Shown: positions 48,351 to 60,521, counted from the first letter of the stretch. The stretch: DNA of 64,000 nucleotides from an uncultured Chloroflexia bacterium (GCA_963805645.1 CAWDVA010000006.1:192078-256077), one strand, 5' to 3'. Program-made: numbers and translations. Notes: generated by a model from the sequence alone, not told the origin.

Positions 48351-48367
48351 GGAGGCCAAGGGTAGCG

Positions 48368-49570
48368 CTAGACCGATGTCGTCGCCGCGAACGCGGCGTC
48401 CAGGTCCGACACCAGGTCGTCGGCGCTCTCGATCCCCAGGGAGAGGCGGATCAGGGTCGGGGGCACCGCGAGCGGCGAATCGGCGACGCTCTGGTGGGTC
48501 ATCGCCGCCGGCACCTCGATCAGCGACTCCACCGCGCCGAGCGACTCGGCCAGGGTGAAGAGTCGGGTGGCGCCCGCAACGGCGCGTGCGCGCGCCTCAC
48601 CGCCGGCACCTTCCCCCACTTCGAAGCTCACCATGGCCCCCGGCAGCCGCATCTGCCGCTCCACCAGGTCACGCTGGGGGTGGTCCGGGCGGCCGGGGTA
48701 ATGGACGCGAGCAACCTCCGGCCGCCGGGTGAGCCAGTCGGCGACCAGCGCTGCGTTTGCCGAGGCGCGCTCCATCCTGATCGCAAGGGTCCGCAGCCCG
48801 CGCAGGACGAGCCAGCAGTCGAAGGGGCTCGGGACGGCCCCGGCCGCGTTCTGGTGGAATGCGAGCCGCTCGGCGAGATCGGCGCGGCGAGTGGCCACCA
48901 GCCCGCCGACCACGTCGGAGTGACCCCCAAGGTACTTCGTGGCCGAGTGCACCACCAGGTCCGCGCCCAGGTCCAGCGGACGCTGGATGAATGGCGTCGC
49001 GAACGTGCTGTCGACCACGGTCAGGGCGCCGGCGGCCGCCGCCAGGCGGGCGACGGCGCTGATGTCCACGATCTTGAGGAGCGGGTTGGTGGGCGTCTCG
49101 ACCCAGACCATCCGAACCGGTCCCCCGCCTGCGCCGAGCGCGGCGCTCAGCGCGTCGAGGTCTCGCAGGTCCACCGGCACGGGCTCGATCCCGTAACGGC
49201 GCCAGACCCGGTCGGCCAGCCGCCAGGTGCCGCCGTAGACGTCGTCGCTGACCACGACGCGTTCGCCCGGCTCCAGGAGGTAGAGGACGTTCTGGGTGGC
49301 GGCCATCCCGGAGGCATAGGCGAGGCCGTGGCTCCCGCCCTCCAGCTCGGCGATCGCGGCTTCCAGCGCCCGGCGCGTGGGATTCCCGGTCCGCGAGTAC
49401 TCGAACCCGTCTCGGGTGCCGCCCACGCCATCCTGCTTGAACGTCGTCGCGAGGTGGATGGGCGGGGTCACTGCGCCGGTTGTCGGGTCGGGTGCGGCAC
49501 CAGCATGCACGGTTAGGGTCTCGAAGCGGTCTCGGCGCGCGGGTCGGCCGCCGCCGTGGGTCTGGGCCAT
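48368..49570 (-). CDS. cystathionine gamma-synthase / gamma-lyase family PLP enzyme
   Basis: SATKYLGGHSDVVGG PLP-lysine motif and a Cys/Met-metabolism PLP fold. Confidence 0.8.
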   Translation of the reverse strand: MAQTHGGGRPARRDRFETLTVHAGAAPDPTTGAVTPPIHLATTFKQDGVGGTRDGFEYSRTGNPTRRALEAAIAELEGGSHGLAYASGMAATQNVLYLLEPGERVVVSDDVYGGTWRLADRVWRRYGIEPVPVDLRDLDALSAALGAGGGPVRMVWVETPTNPLLKIVDISAVARLAAAAGALTVVDSTFATPFIQRPLDLGADLVVHSATKYLGGHSDVVGGLVATRRADLAERLAFHQNAAGAVPSPFDCWLVLRGLRTLAIRMERASANAALVADWLTRRPEVARVHYPGRPDHPQRDLVERQMRLPGAMVSFEVGEGAGGEARARAVAGATRLFTLAESLGAVESLIEVPAAMTHQSVADSPLAVPPTLIRLSLGIESADDLVSDLDAAFAATTSV

Positions 49571-49732
49571 GCGGGCGCCATTGTGGCATGCGGACCCGCG
49601 CCACAGGTGGACGGCGCGAGGACCCACCCGGCGAGCGGGCGGCTGCCGGGGTTTCGCCCGCCGGGCCACTCAGGCCCGGGTGGCAAGGCTCGGGTCAGTG
49701 GCCCGTGCCGTGCGTCTCGGGTCTCCCGGCGG

Positions 49733-51272
49733 TCAGCGAGTCCGCGGGAAGCCCAGGTCCACGCTGCTCGTCGCCGGATCCGGCCAGCGCGCGGTGACGA
49801 CCTTTCCGCGGGTGTAGAACGCGATTCCCTCCGGCCCGTACATGTGCAGGTCACCGAAGAGCGACGCCTTCCAGCCTCCGAAGCTGTAGTAGGCGACCGG
49901 CACCGGGATCGGGACGTTGACGCCCACCATCCCCACCTCGACGTCGAACTGGAACTGGCGCGCCGCGCCGCCGTCGCGGGTGAAGATCGCCACGCCGTTG
50001 CCGTACGGGTTCTCGTTGATGAGCTGCACCGCATCGGTGTAGGTGGGAACCCGGACGATCTCGAGCACCGGCCCGAAGATCTCGTTGCGATAGCACTCCA
50101 TCTCGGGTGTGACCCGGTCGAGGAGCGAGACGCCCAGGAAGAAGCCGCCGCCGGCCTGCGAGTAGAGGACGTGCTGGCGCCCGTCCACGACGACCTCGGC
50201 ACCGGCCTCGCGACTCGAGTCCAGGTAGGACGCGACCTTGTCGCGGTGCTCGCGGGTGATGAGCGGGCCCATCTCGGAGGAGGGATCGCTCCCCGGGCCG
50301 ACCTTCACCTTCGGGAGCCGTTGCCTGATCGCCTCGACCAGGGGGTCCGCAACGTCGCCCACCGCCGCCACCACGCTGATCGCCATGCAGCGCTCGCCGG
50401 CTGAGCCGTACGCGGCGGAGACGGCCGCGTCGGCCGCCATGCCGATATCGGCATCGGGCAGGACGACCATGTGGTTCTTGGCGCCGCCCAGCGCCTGGCA
50501 GCGCTTTCCCGCCGCGGTGGCGTGCTCGTAGATGTAGCGCGCGACGGGCGTGGAGCCCACGAAGCTGATGGCGGCCACGTCCGGGTCGGACAGGATGGCG
50601 TCGACCGCCGCCTTGTCGCCGTGGACGACGTTGAAGACGCCATCGGGCAGGCCGGCCTCCTTCAGGAGCTCCGCCATGTAGACCGATGCCGACGGGTCCT
50701 TTTCGCTCGGCTTCAGAACGAACGTGTTGCCGCAGGCGATGGCGTTGGCGAACATCCACATGGGGACCATGGCCGGGAAGTTGAACGGGGTAATGCCGGC
50801 CACCACGCCCAGCGGCTGACGAATCTGGTACACGTCGATGCCGGTCGAGACCTGCTCGGAGAAGCCGCCCTTGAGCAGGTGCGGGATGCCGGTGGCGAAC
50901 TCGATGTTCTCCAGGCCACGGGCCACCTCGCCCTGGGCGTCGGATGGCACCTTGCCGTGCTCCGCGGTGAGGTGCGACGCAATCTCGACGCGGTGCTCCT
51001 CGACGAGGTTGCGGATCCGGAACATGATCTCCGTCCGCCTGCTGATGGACGTGGCGCGCCACGCCGGGAAGGCGTCGGCGGCCGCCCGGACGGCGGCGCG
51101 AACCTCCTGCAGCCGAGGCGAAGTCGACCTCGCGGGCCAGCTCGCCGGTCGCCGGGTTGTACACCGGTCCGGAGCGGCCGGAGGTGCCGGCAACGCGGCG
51201 CCCGTTGATCCAGTGGGGGACCCGCTCGGTTGTCTGCGCGGCGGCGTCGGTGGGCTGGGCGACCTGCGTCAT
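49733..51272 (-). pseudogene. mmsA: methylmalonate-semialdehyde dehydrogenase (MmsA, CoA-acylating ALDH) interrupted by a -1/+1 frameshift near 51108-51117
   Basis: The N-terminal 55 aa (HWINGRRV...VYNPATGELAREVDFASAA) are in one frame. The remainder (EVRAAVRAAADAFPAW...FTRDGG...SFGGWK) is in another frame. The junction is gcaGGAGGtt. Confidence 0.7.
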
Positions 51273-51431
51273 GACGTGGAACACCTCGTCAGCGTTGGTT
51301 CAGGGCCCTTCGAGTGATGATGAAGGGCTGCCGACACCATACCGCCTGCGGCCAGCGTTGTCAGGGCGCGAACCGGAGGGCGCAGTCGCAGCCGCCTGCC
51401 ACCGCGTTGACCCTCGCGCTATCGTCAGCCG

Positions 51432-54056
51432 GTGACTCCCACACCCACGCTCGTCGAGCGTGACACCGCGCTCTCCGAGCTCGCTCGGCTCCTTGCCTCG
51501 GTCCGACAGCGTGGCGCGGGCACGACCCTCCTCGTGACCGGCGAGGCCGGGATCGGGAAGACAGCCCTCCTCCGCCAATTCTGCGAGCAGCAGCCCCCGG
51601 CGACCCGCGTGCTCTGGGGGGCCTGCGACGCCCTCTTCACCCCTCGCCCACTGGGGCCGATCGTGGACATCGCGGAGGTCGTGGGCGGCGAGCTGCGCGA
51701 CCTCGTGGAGGCCGGTTCCCGAGCTCATGAGGTGGCAGGTGGGCTCCTGCGAGAGCTGGCCCGCTCGGCGAGCGCGATCGTCGTGTTTGATGATCTCCAA
51801 TGGGCCGACCAGGCCACGCTCGACGTGCTTCGCATCGTCGCGCCTCGCCTGGACTCGGTCGCGGTGCTGCTCGTGGCGAGCTTCCGAGACGACGCGCTTC
51901 CACCCGCGCACCCGCTGCGGATCGTCCTCGGCGAGCTGGCCACCAACGGACGGCCGGACCGCCTTCACCTCGATCCGCTGACCATCGCCGGCGTCCAACA
52001 GCTGGCCGGCCAGGCCGGGAGAGACGCGGCTGGTCTGTTCCGATTGACGGATGGCAACCCGTTCTTCCTGACCGAGGTGCTCGCCGCCGGCGACGAGCGG
52101 CTGCCGCTGAGCGTCCGCGATGCCGTACTCGCCCGCGCCGCGCGGCTCGAACCGCAGGCCCGCGCCCTGCTCGATGCTGTGGCCATCTTCCCGCGGGCCG
52201 CCGAGCTGTCGCTGCTCGAACGCCTCGCGCCCGACGAGCTACCCGCCGTCGACCAGTGCATCGCGAACGGCATGCTGAGCATGGACGGTGCCGCGGTCGG
52301 CTTCCGCCACGAGCTCGCACGGCTCGCGATCCAGGACGCCATCCCGGCCATGCGGCAGATCGAGCTCCATCGGGCGGCACTCGCCATCATGGTGTCTTCG
52401 CCGAGCCTGCGGCCCGATCCCGCACGTCTGGCGCACCATGCGGAGGCTGCGCAGGACGCCGTCGCCACCCTTCGCTACGCGCGTGAAGCAGCCGAGCAGG
52501 CCGCCGGGTTTGGCGCGCACCGCGAGGCCGCAGCCCAGTACGCCAGGGCGATTCGAGCCGTCGGCGACGGGCAGCCGACGGTGCGCGCGGAACTGCTCGA
52601 GCGCGCCTCCTACGAGGCATACCTGACCGGCGAGTTGGACGAGGCGATCGCCATGGCAGAAGAGGCGCTTGCCCTGCGTCGACGTATCGGCGACCGCGTG
52701 CGCGAGGGTGACGCGCTGCGATCGCTCTCGCGGCTCATCCGCTTCGCCGGCCGCACTGCGGAGGCCGCGATCCACGGCCGGGAGGCGATTCGCCTCCTGG
52801 AGGCGCTGCCGGCAGGTCACGAGCTGGCCATGGCCTACAACAACCTCGCGCACCTTGCGGCCACCGGCGAGGACCGGGCAGCGGCGCTGGAGTGGGGCGG
52901 GCGGGCGCTCGGGCTCGCGCGAGAGCTGGGCGACACCGAGGGCGTGCTCTACGCATTGACGAGCATCGGGTCAGTGGACTTCCAGGCCTTCCTGCCAGCG
53001 GGTCGCGAGCGCCTGGAGGAGGTCATCGAGCTCGCATCCCGGGAAGGTCTCGACGAGCACGCGGGCCGTGCCTACCTGAACCTGGTGTGGTGGGCCACCC
53101 GCAACCGCTGGTACCAACCGGTCGACACGTACCTGGAGCCCGGTCTCCGCTACTGCACGGAGCGGGACGTGGACCTGTGGCGTCTCTTCTTTCTCGCCTG
53201 CGAGGCGCGGGTGGCACTCGATCGGGACGACTGGCCGCGCGCGACCTCCATCGCACGACGCGTCCTCGGAAATGCACGCACGTGGGCGGTCCCCCGCATC
53301 GTGGCGCTCGTCGTGGACGGGCTGGTGGCCGTCCGGAGTGGCGACCGGCGCGGACTCGAGGCCCTGGACGAGGCATTCGCACTGGCCGACCCCAGCGATG
53401 AGCTGCAGCGCATCGGGTGGGTCGCCGCTGCGCTCTGCGAGGCTGCCTGGCTGGGCATGGCAGACCAGGCGCAGGCTGCCGCCATCTCCGAGCGCGCACT
53501 GGCCCTTGCCCTGGAGCGCGAGTCGTGGTGGGTCGTGGGGGAGCTCGAGGGCTGGAGGCGCCGGCTCGGGATCGTCGCCTTGTCGCACGGAAGGGTCCCG
53601 GAGCCATGGTCGAGGATGGCCGCCGGCCAATGGCGCGAGGCGGCCGACGCCTGGGAACGCCTGGGCTGCGGATACGACGGGGCCCTGGTACGCCTCGAGG
53701 CGGGCGACGAATCCTCACTCCGCCTTGCCCACGCACGACTGCTGGAGCTCGGCGCGGCACCGGCGGCGGCGCGAGCGGCGAGACGCCTGCGCTCCGGTGG
53801 CGCCCGCAGCCTGCCGAGAGGACCGCGCGCCGCCACGCGCCGCAACCCCCGTGGCCTCACCGTGCGCGAGGTCGAGGTCCTGGGGCTCCTCAGAGAGGGC
53901 TTGCGCGATCGAGAGATCGCGGAACGCCTGGTGGTCTCACCGAGGACGGTGGGTCACCACGTGTCGTCCATCCTGGGCAAGCTCGGCGTCCGTTCCCGCG
54001 GACAAGCGGTGGCCGAGGCAACCAGGCTGGGAATCGCGACCTCCCAGAATGGGTAG
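51432..54056 (+). CDS. large ATP-binding LuxR-family regulator (LAL/MalT-like: AAA+ P-loop, TPR-like region, LuxR HTH)
   Basis: GEAGIGKTALL Walker A motif. The C-terminus carries LTVREVEVLGLLREGLRDREIAERLVVSPRTVGHHVSSILGKLGV. Confidence 0.85.
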   Translation: MTPTPTLVERDTALSELARLLASVRQRGAGTTLLVTGEAGIGKTALLRQFCEQQPPATRVLWGACDALFTPRPLGPIVDIAEVVGGELRDLVEAGSRAHEVAGGLLRELARSASAIVVFDDLQWADQATLDVLRIVAPRLDSVAVLLVASFRDDALPPAHPLRIVLGELATNGRPDRLHLDPLTIAGVQQLAGQAGRDAAGLFRLTDGNPFFLTEVLAAGDERLPLSVRDAVLARAARLEPQARALLDAVAIFPRAAELSLLERLAPDELPAVDQCIANGMLSMDGAAVGFRHELARLAIQDAIPAMRQIELHRAALAIMVSSPSLRPDPARLAHHAEAAQDAVATLRYAREAAEQAAGFGAHREAAAQYARAIRAVGDGQPTVRAELLERASYEAYLTGELDEAIAMAEEALALRRRIGDRVREGDALRSLSRLIRFAGRTAEAAIHGREAIRLLEALPAGHELAMAYNNLAHLAATGEDRAAALEWGGRALGLARELGDTEGVLYALTSIGSVDFQAFLPAGRERLEEVIELASREGLDEHAGRAYLNLVWWATRNRWYQPVDTYLEPGLRYCTERDVDLWRLFFLACEARVALDRDDWPRATSIARRVLGNARTWAVPRIVALVVDGLVAVRSGDRRGLEALDEAFALADPSDELQRIGWVAAALCEAAWLGMADQAQAAAISERALALALERESWWVVGELEGWRRRLGIVALSHGRVPEPWSRMAAGQWREAADAWERLGCGYDGALVRLEAGDESSLRLAHARLLELGAAPAAARAARRLRSGGARSLPRGPRAATRRNPRGLTVREVEVLGLLREGLRDREIAERLVVSPRTVGHHVSSILGKLGVRSRGQAVAEATRLGIATSQNG

Positions 54057-54154
54057 TCCCGGCGCGAAACCTGCGTAGCAATCCCGATGCGGCGGGGCTC
54101 CGCTCGCTCCCAGTCTGCCTTGTGCGAACAGCCAGGCAACCAGGAGCGTTTCAA

Positions 54155-54529
54155 ATGGAGCAGACATCGACACGAACCATCCCCGTCCGGCGTGACACGA
54201 TGGCGGGAGCAGCGAATGTCCTCGACCGGCGAGGTGCGCGACGATTCGCTCCGCTGCGCTCGATCGCGCTCGGTCTCACCGGAGTCATGCTCGCCGTCGC
54301 GGCCTTCGCCGGCATCACGGCTCTGGAACGCCCAGCATCGACCGCTGCGTCCCATGCGATCGACCTCGCGAACCCCCTGCGCGCCGGCGCGGACGGCGAC
54401 CTTGGTCTGGCCGATCGGCTCCCACCCGCGGTGGCCGCCATCGTCGCCGGTCCCATTGCCGCCTCGAGCGCGCTGCGGTCGGGGCCGGACGCCGACCTCG
54501 GCGTGGCTGACCGGCTACCGGGTCAATAG
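54155..54529 (+). CDS. small exported/membrane-anchored protein with internal D-x-D-L-G-x-A-D-R-L-P repeat
   Basis: AGGAG Shine-Dalgarno sequence 8 nt before ATG 54155. A TM/signal segment (LGLTGVMLAVAAFAGITA). The duplicated motifs are GADGDLGLADRLPP and GPDADLGVADRLPG. Confidence 0.35.
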   Translation: MEQTSTRTIPVRRDTMAGAANVLDRRGARRFAPLRSIALGLTGVMLAVAAFAGITALERPASTAASHAIDLANPLRAGADGDLGLADRLPPAVAAIVAGPIAASSALRSGPDADLGVADRLPGQ

Positions 54530-54646
54530 GCCGCTCCACCAGTGGCACCGGGCAGAGGCCGGGTGCCATCGGATGCCTCCCCGCGCGGCTCCGCGGCCGC
54601 ACGGTCCCTGTCGGCGCCGTCCCGTTCGCGGGGCGGCGCCGCCGCA

Positions 54647-55750
<1,104 letters not shown>

Positions 55751-56641
55751 CGGGCGACGCGTCGCCATCGGTCCGTTCACGGTGCATCCAGGCTCCCGGC
55801 GTGCCCCAGCCACGCCGATGGCGCACGACCAGGAAGATCGCGGCGGCGGCGATGCCCAGGAGGCCCAGCCAGGTGGCGGTGGGTAGCGGCCCGATGAACC
55901 AGTTGTCGACCCGGTACATCTCCAGGTACGAGCGGACCCAGCCGTACCAGATCAGGTAGAGCAGCATGATGTCGCCATCGAAGAGCCGGGCGGCGAAGCG
56001 GCGACCCACGTAGAGGATGATCGCCAGGCCCACGAGGTTCAGGATCGCCTCGTAGGCGAAGAGCGGCACGAAGTGGGTGCTCGCCACGGGGAAGCTGATG
56101 GGATCCCAGGGGGTCCCGGCCCGGTGCGCGGCATCGATCTGGATGCCCCACGGCAGGCAGAACGGGAAGCCCTGCGTGCCGCACTGGGTCACCGGCGGGC
56201 CGTACAGCTCCTGGTTCACGAAGTTCCCGAGCCGGCCGATGGCCTGCCCCAAAAGGAGCGCCGGGGCAAAGATGTCCAGCCAGCGCGTGAAGACCAGGTG
56301 GTTGCGGCGGGTGTACCACCAGATCGCGGCGGCACCGCCGATGATCGCCCCGGGGATGCCCAGCCCGCCGTTCCAGACCTGCGGAATAAGCAAGGGATCC
56401 TTGGAGTAGATGGGGCCCCACTGGTGGATGACGTGGTACAGGCGCGCGGCGATGACCGCCGCAGCGATCACCCACAGGAGCATGGACCAGCCCTGCTCGG
56501 GGTCCTCTCCCCGCCGGCGGGCCTCCGCGGTGCCCAGCACCGCGCCCAGCACGACCGCGCTGGCGATGATGATCCCGTACCAGTGGACTTCGAGGAGGCC
56601 GATGTGGAAAGCGATCGGATCGATGAACATCGGGCGGCATT

Positions 56642-57994
56642 CTACTCCGCTGACGGGTCGGGCCCCGGATCGGTCACCGGGTCCACCGGCACGTCAAGGG
56701 CCATGGGGTCGATTTCTCCGGACGTGAGCGCCTCGGCCGCGACCTCCGCGGCTTCCACGCGCCTCGCCTGTCCCGGGAAGCGCTGGAGCGTGCGCAGCGA
56801 CGGGAAGAGCCAGCTCCACAGTCCGGCGACGGCCATGGTGACCGCCCCGCCCACGAGCACGGCCGGCACCGTCCCGAACCAGGCCGCGGTGACCCCCGAT
56901 TCGAACTCGCCCAGCTCGTTCGACGCGCCGATGAAGACGGCGTTCACCGCGCTCACCCGGCCACGGATCGCGTCCGGGGTGGTGAGCTGCACGAGAAGAT
57001 GGCGGACGTAGACGCTGACCTGGTCCGCCGCGCCCAGGACGACGAGCGCGGCGAGGGTGAGCGGGAAGCTCTTCGAGATCCCGAAGACGAGGGTTGAGGC
57101 TCCAAAGACGGCCACCCCACCGAACATCCACGCGCCAACATGGCGGGTCACCGGGCGCCCGACGAGCACCGCCGCGCAGATCGCCGCGCCCACGGCCGGC
57201 GCGGATCGGAGGATCCCCAGGCCGGTGGGTCCCACCCGCAGGATGTCGCTGGCGTACACGGGCAGGAGCGCGGTGGCGCCGCCGAAGAGGACTGCGAACA
57301 GGTCGAGCGAGATGGAGCCCAGGACGACGGAATGCGAGCGCACGAAGACCACGCCCGAGAGCACGGTGCGCAGGCTCACCGGTTCACGGACCCGCTCGCT
57401 CCGGCCGCCGCCGCGCACCCCCAGCAGGAGCACGGTCCCGAGCGCCGTCATGGTCGCCACCGTCGCGTAGACGACCGCCGGGCCGGCCAGGAAGAGCAGC
57501 CCGCCCAGCGCCGGGCCCGCGATGGTGGCGATCTGCCCGGTCGAGGATGTGACCGCGATGGCGTTGCCAAACTCCTCGGTGGGCACCAGGTTCGGGAGGA
57601 GCGCCTGGCCGGTGGGCATGCTGAAGGCGCGCGCCACGCCGAAGAGGGTCATGACCGCGAAGATGGGCCAGGCCGACGGGAGGCCGGCGATGGTCAGGAC
57701 CGCCAGGAAGACGGCGCAGGCGGTCAGGAGCCCGTAGCAGGCGGCCATGATCCGGCGCCGATCGAAGTGGTCGGCCGCCTGGCCCGCCGGCAGAACCAGG
57801 ACGACGAAGGGCAGGAACTGCGACAGACCGATGAGCCCCAGGTCGAGCGGATTTCGCGTCAGCTCGTAGACCTGGTAGCCCAGCGCCACGATGAGCATCT
57901 GCGACCCAAAGGCCCCCGCCAGGCGAGCCGCCAGGTAGCGCCGGAAGTCCGCGTGGCGCAGGACGGGAGGCAGGCGTCGGGTCATGGGCCGCAC
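56642..57994 (-). CDS. MFS transporter (EntS/YbdA-like, 12 TM)
   Basis: Hydrophobicity pattern and the conserved MFS_1 loop DHFDRRR. Confidence 0.8.
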   Translation of the reverse strand: MRPMTRRLPPVLRHADFRRYLAARLAGAFGSQMLIVALGYQVYELTRNPLDLGLIGLSQFLPFVVLVLPAGQAADHFDRRRIMAACYGLLTACAVFLAVLTIAGLPSAWPIFAVMTLFGVARAFSMPTGQALLPNLVPTEEFGNAIAVTSSTGQIATIAGPALGGLLFLAGPAVVYATVATMTALGTVLLLGVRGGGRSERVREPVSLRTVLSGVVFVRSHSVVLGSISLDLFAVLFGGATALLPVYASDILRVGPTGLGILRSAPAVGAAICAAVLVGRPVTRHVGAWMFGGVAVFGASTLVFGISKSFPLTLAALVVLGAADQVSVYVRHLLVQLTTPDAIRGRVSAVNAVFIGASNELGEFESGVTAAWFGTVPAVLVGGAVTMAVAGLWSWLFPSLRTLQRFPGQARRVEAAEVAAEALTSGEIDPMALDVPVDPVTDPGPDPSAE

Positions 57995-58092
57995 ACGTTA
58001 CCGCAGTCAATCCGCAGACCCGGGCCGTTAGGGTCTGGACGAGTGTCGCGGCAATGCGTATGGTCCGCGGCCTGGAGGAGGGAGCCCCGCCC

Positions 58093-59418
58093 ATGTCCGG
58101 TGCGAGTCCAGCAGCCAGCCCCGTCCCGTCGCGCGCGCGGCTGCCCCTGAACCAGCTCCTCACGCTGTCCATCTACTGGTTCGGCATCCAGACCATCTGG
58201 GGCGGCCTGAACACCATCATCATCCCGGGGCGGCTCGACACCCTGTCGCGCGATACCCAGGGGCTCCTGCTGGCGCTGATCATGATCGCGGGCGCCGTGG
58301 CGCCCATCGTCGTGCAGCCGACGGTGGGGGTGATCAGCGACTACACCGTGACGCGCTGGGGACGGCGCAAGCCCTACATCGTCATCGGCACCCTGCTGGA
58401 CATGGTGTTCCTGGCGGGCCTCGCGATCTCGAGCGACTTCGTGGCCATGATGGCCTTCTACTTCCTGCTCCAGGTGAGCTCGAACTTCGCCCAGGGCCCG
58501 TTCCAGGGCTACGTCCCAGATCTTGTTCCCGCGAACCAGGTGGGGACTGCCAGCGGGCTGATGGGGCTGATGCTGACCGTGGGGACGATCGCCGGCGTGG
58601 GACTCGCGACCGCAGGCGGCTTCATCGGCAACAAGGAGCTCGCGACCATGGCCCTCGGGGGCGTCGAGCTGGTGACCATGATCGTCCTGGTCGCCACCGT
58701 GAACGAGGGCAGCACCGCTCCGCGGCGGACGCAGGGATGGCGCCAGGTCGCCCTGTCAGCCTGGGGTCGCGACATCCTGCAGCAGCGGAACGTGCTGTGG
58801 CTGCTGCTCGTTCGCCTGCTGTTCCTGGGCGCCTACAACTCGACCCTGATCGCCGTGGGCTACTTCCGACGGTCGCATGGCCTCTCCGACACCGATGCCG
58901 ACACCACCGTGTTCATCGGCACGGCGATCGTTGGCGTGTCGACCGCGCTCGCCGCGCTCCCCGGGGGCCGTCTGTCGGATCGGTGGGGCCGACGCCCGGT
59001 GATCTGGCTCGCCGCGGCGGTGGCGTTCGTCGGGCTCAGCGGCGTGGCGATCGCGCCGACTCCGGCCCTGGCCATTGCGGCGTGGGTGCCCTTCGGCATC
59101 GGGATGGGCATCTTCCTGTCGGCCGACTGGGCGCTGATGGCCGACGTGATCCCCAAGGCCACCGCCGGCAGGTACATGGGAATCCTGAACGCGGGGACAG
59201 CCATGGCCGGGCCGGTGTTCATCATCATCGCCGGACCCCTGCAGGACCTGGTCGCGGCCAGCGTGAGCGATCCGCTGGGGCCACGGGCGGCCATGGGCAT
59301 GGCAGCCCTCTTCGTGGCGGGAGCGGCGCTGGTCCTGACGCGGGTCGACCCGCGGCGCGTCGAGGAGGGCGCCGATCTCGACGCACGGCCGCTCGAGCCG
59401 GTGCCTGCGCCGGCATGA
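58093..59418 (+). CDS. MFS/GPH-family transporter
   Basis: 12 TM. DYTVTRWGRRKP and LSDRWGRRP basic loops. GGAGGAGGGA precedes the ATG at 58093. The track start is 58054. Confidence 0.75.
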   Translation: MSGASPAASPVPSRARLPLNQLLTLSIYWFGIQTIWGGLNTIIIPGRLDTLSRDTQGLLLALIMIAGAVAPIVVQPTVGVISDYTVTRWGRRKPYIVIGTLLDMVFLAGLAISSDFVAMMAFYFLLQVSSNFAQGPFQGYVPDLVPANQVGTASGLMGLMLTVGTIAGVGLATAGGFIGNKELATMALGGVELVTMIVLVATVNEGSTAPRRTQGWRQVALSAWGRDILQQRNVLWLLLVRLLFLGAYNSTLIAVGYFRRSHGLSDTDADTTVFIGTAIVGVSTALAALPGGRLSDRWGRRPVIWLAAAVAFVGLSGVAIAPTPALAIAAWVPFGIGMGIFLSADWALMADVIPKATAGRYMGILNAGTAMAGPVFIIIAGPLQDLVAASVSDPLGPRAAMGMAALFVAGAALVLTRVDPRRVEEGADLDARPLEPVPAPA

Positions 59419-60188
59419 GCGATTCCGTGGAGGAGCGCGCGCGGCGGACAGGCCCGCGGGCGCTGTCCGTGCGGGTGACGCCGCGGTATCGGCTCATGCG
59501 CTGGGTGGACCGGCTGGTGGTGGGCACGATCTTCTCCGTGGGGGCGGACGGCCTCGACACGTGGCCGGCGCCGCCCTTCCAGCTGGTCTGCAACCATCAC
59601 GCCGGCTGGGACCCGATGCTCGTCATCGCGGTGACGCCGGCCGTCCCGCGGATCAGCTGGTTCGGCCCGCGCGAGGCGGACTTCGGTCACGGCTTCAAGA
59701 ACCGCGTCATGGCCTTCTTCGGCGGCGTCATCCCGTTCAACCCGGAGAAGACGACCCTCGTCTCCGCGGTGCGGGCCGTGCGGCGCGTCTTCGAGGCTGG
59801 CGGCGTGCTGGGCATCTTCGCGGAGGGACGCGTGGGGTTCCGCGAGTCGTCACTGCTGCCCTTCGAGGACGGCGCAGTCGCCTTCGCAACAGCCTCCGGC
59901 GTGCCCATCGTCCCGTGTGCCATCGTGGGAAGCACGAACCTGTGGTTCCGCCGGCGCGTCACGGTGCGCTTCGGTCCGCCCATTGCCACCGACGGCATGC
60001 GGGGAGCGGTTGGCCGCGCGGAGCTCGAGGAGCGGGTGCGTGCCGGGCTCCTGGCACTCATGCCGGATGCCGAGCCGTCCCTCCCGCGCCGGCGCCCGCT
60101 CGCCTGGATCGGCACGATCCTCGACGGCGCAGAGGATCGCGCGCGCCGCGCCGGCGAGAAGGCGCCGCCCTCCCGAGGCGCCCGCTGA
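59415..60188 (+). CDS. 1-acyl-sn-glycerol-3-phosphate acyltransferase (PlsC/LPLAT family)
   Basis: CNHHAGWD is the H-x4-D motif. FAEGRV and VPIVPCAI blocks. The ATG overlaps the MFS stop (ATGA). Confidence 0.75.
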   Translation: MSDSVEERARRTGPRALSVRVTPRYRLMRWVDRLVVGTIFSVGADGLDTWPAPPFQLVCNHHAGWDPMLVIAVTPAVPRISWFGPREADFGHGFKNRVMAFFGGVIPFNPEKTTLVSAVRAVRRVFEAGGVLGIFAEGRVGFRESSLLPFEDGAVAFATASGVPIVPCAIVGSTNLWFRRRVTVRFGPPIATDGMRGAVGRAELEERVRAGLLALMPDAEPSLPRRRPLAWIGTILDGAEDRARRAGEKAPPSRGAR

Positions 60189-60217
60189 CGCCTCCGGCGC
60201 GCTAGGATCATGACCCC

Positions 60218-60493
60218 ATGCTCCTGCCGCTGCTGTGGACCGTGTTCGTGGTGCTCGCCGTGATCGGCTTCGGGATGATCGCGGCGTACTGGCTCGACGT
60301 CCAGGACCGCCCCGACCTGTCGTACTGGCGGCGGGTCGGGTACTCGGTTGCCGTGATCATCTTCCCGATCACCATCCCGCTCTACGCGCTCTCGAGCGGG
60401 GCGGGGTGGCCGCGAGTGCTCCGAATCGCTGCCTTCGTGCCCGTGCTGGCCCTCGCACTCTTCTTCTCATTCCTGTTCGGCGTGATCCATTGA
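60218..60493 (+). CDS. small membrane protein (91 aa, 2-3 TM)
   Basis: LLPLLWTVFVVLAVIGFGMIAAYW and IAAFVPVLALALFFSFLFGVI. Function unknown. Confidence 0.45.
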   Translation: MLLPLLWTVFVVLAVIGFGMIAAYWLDVQDRPDLSYWRRVGYSVAVIIFPITIPLYALSSGAGWPRVLRIAAFVPVLALALFFSFLFGVIH

Positions 60494-60521
60494 GCCCGCG
60501 GTCCCCGGCTATCATCGACGC

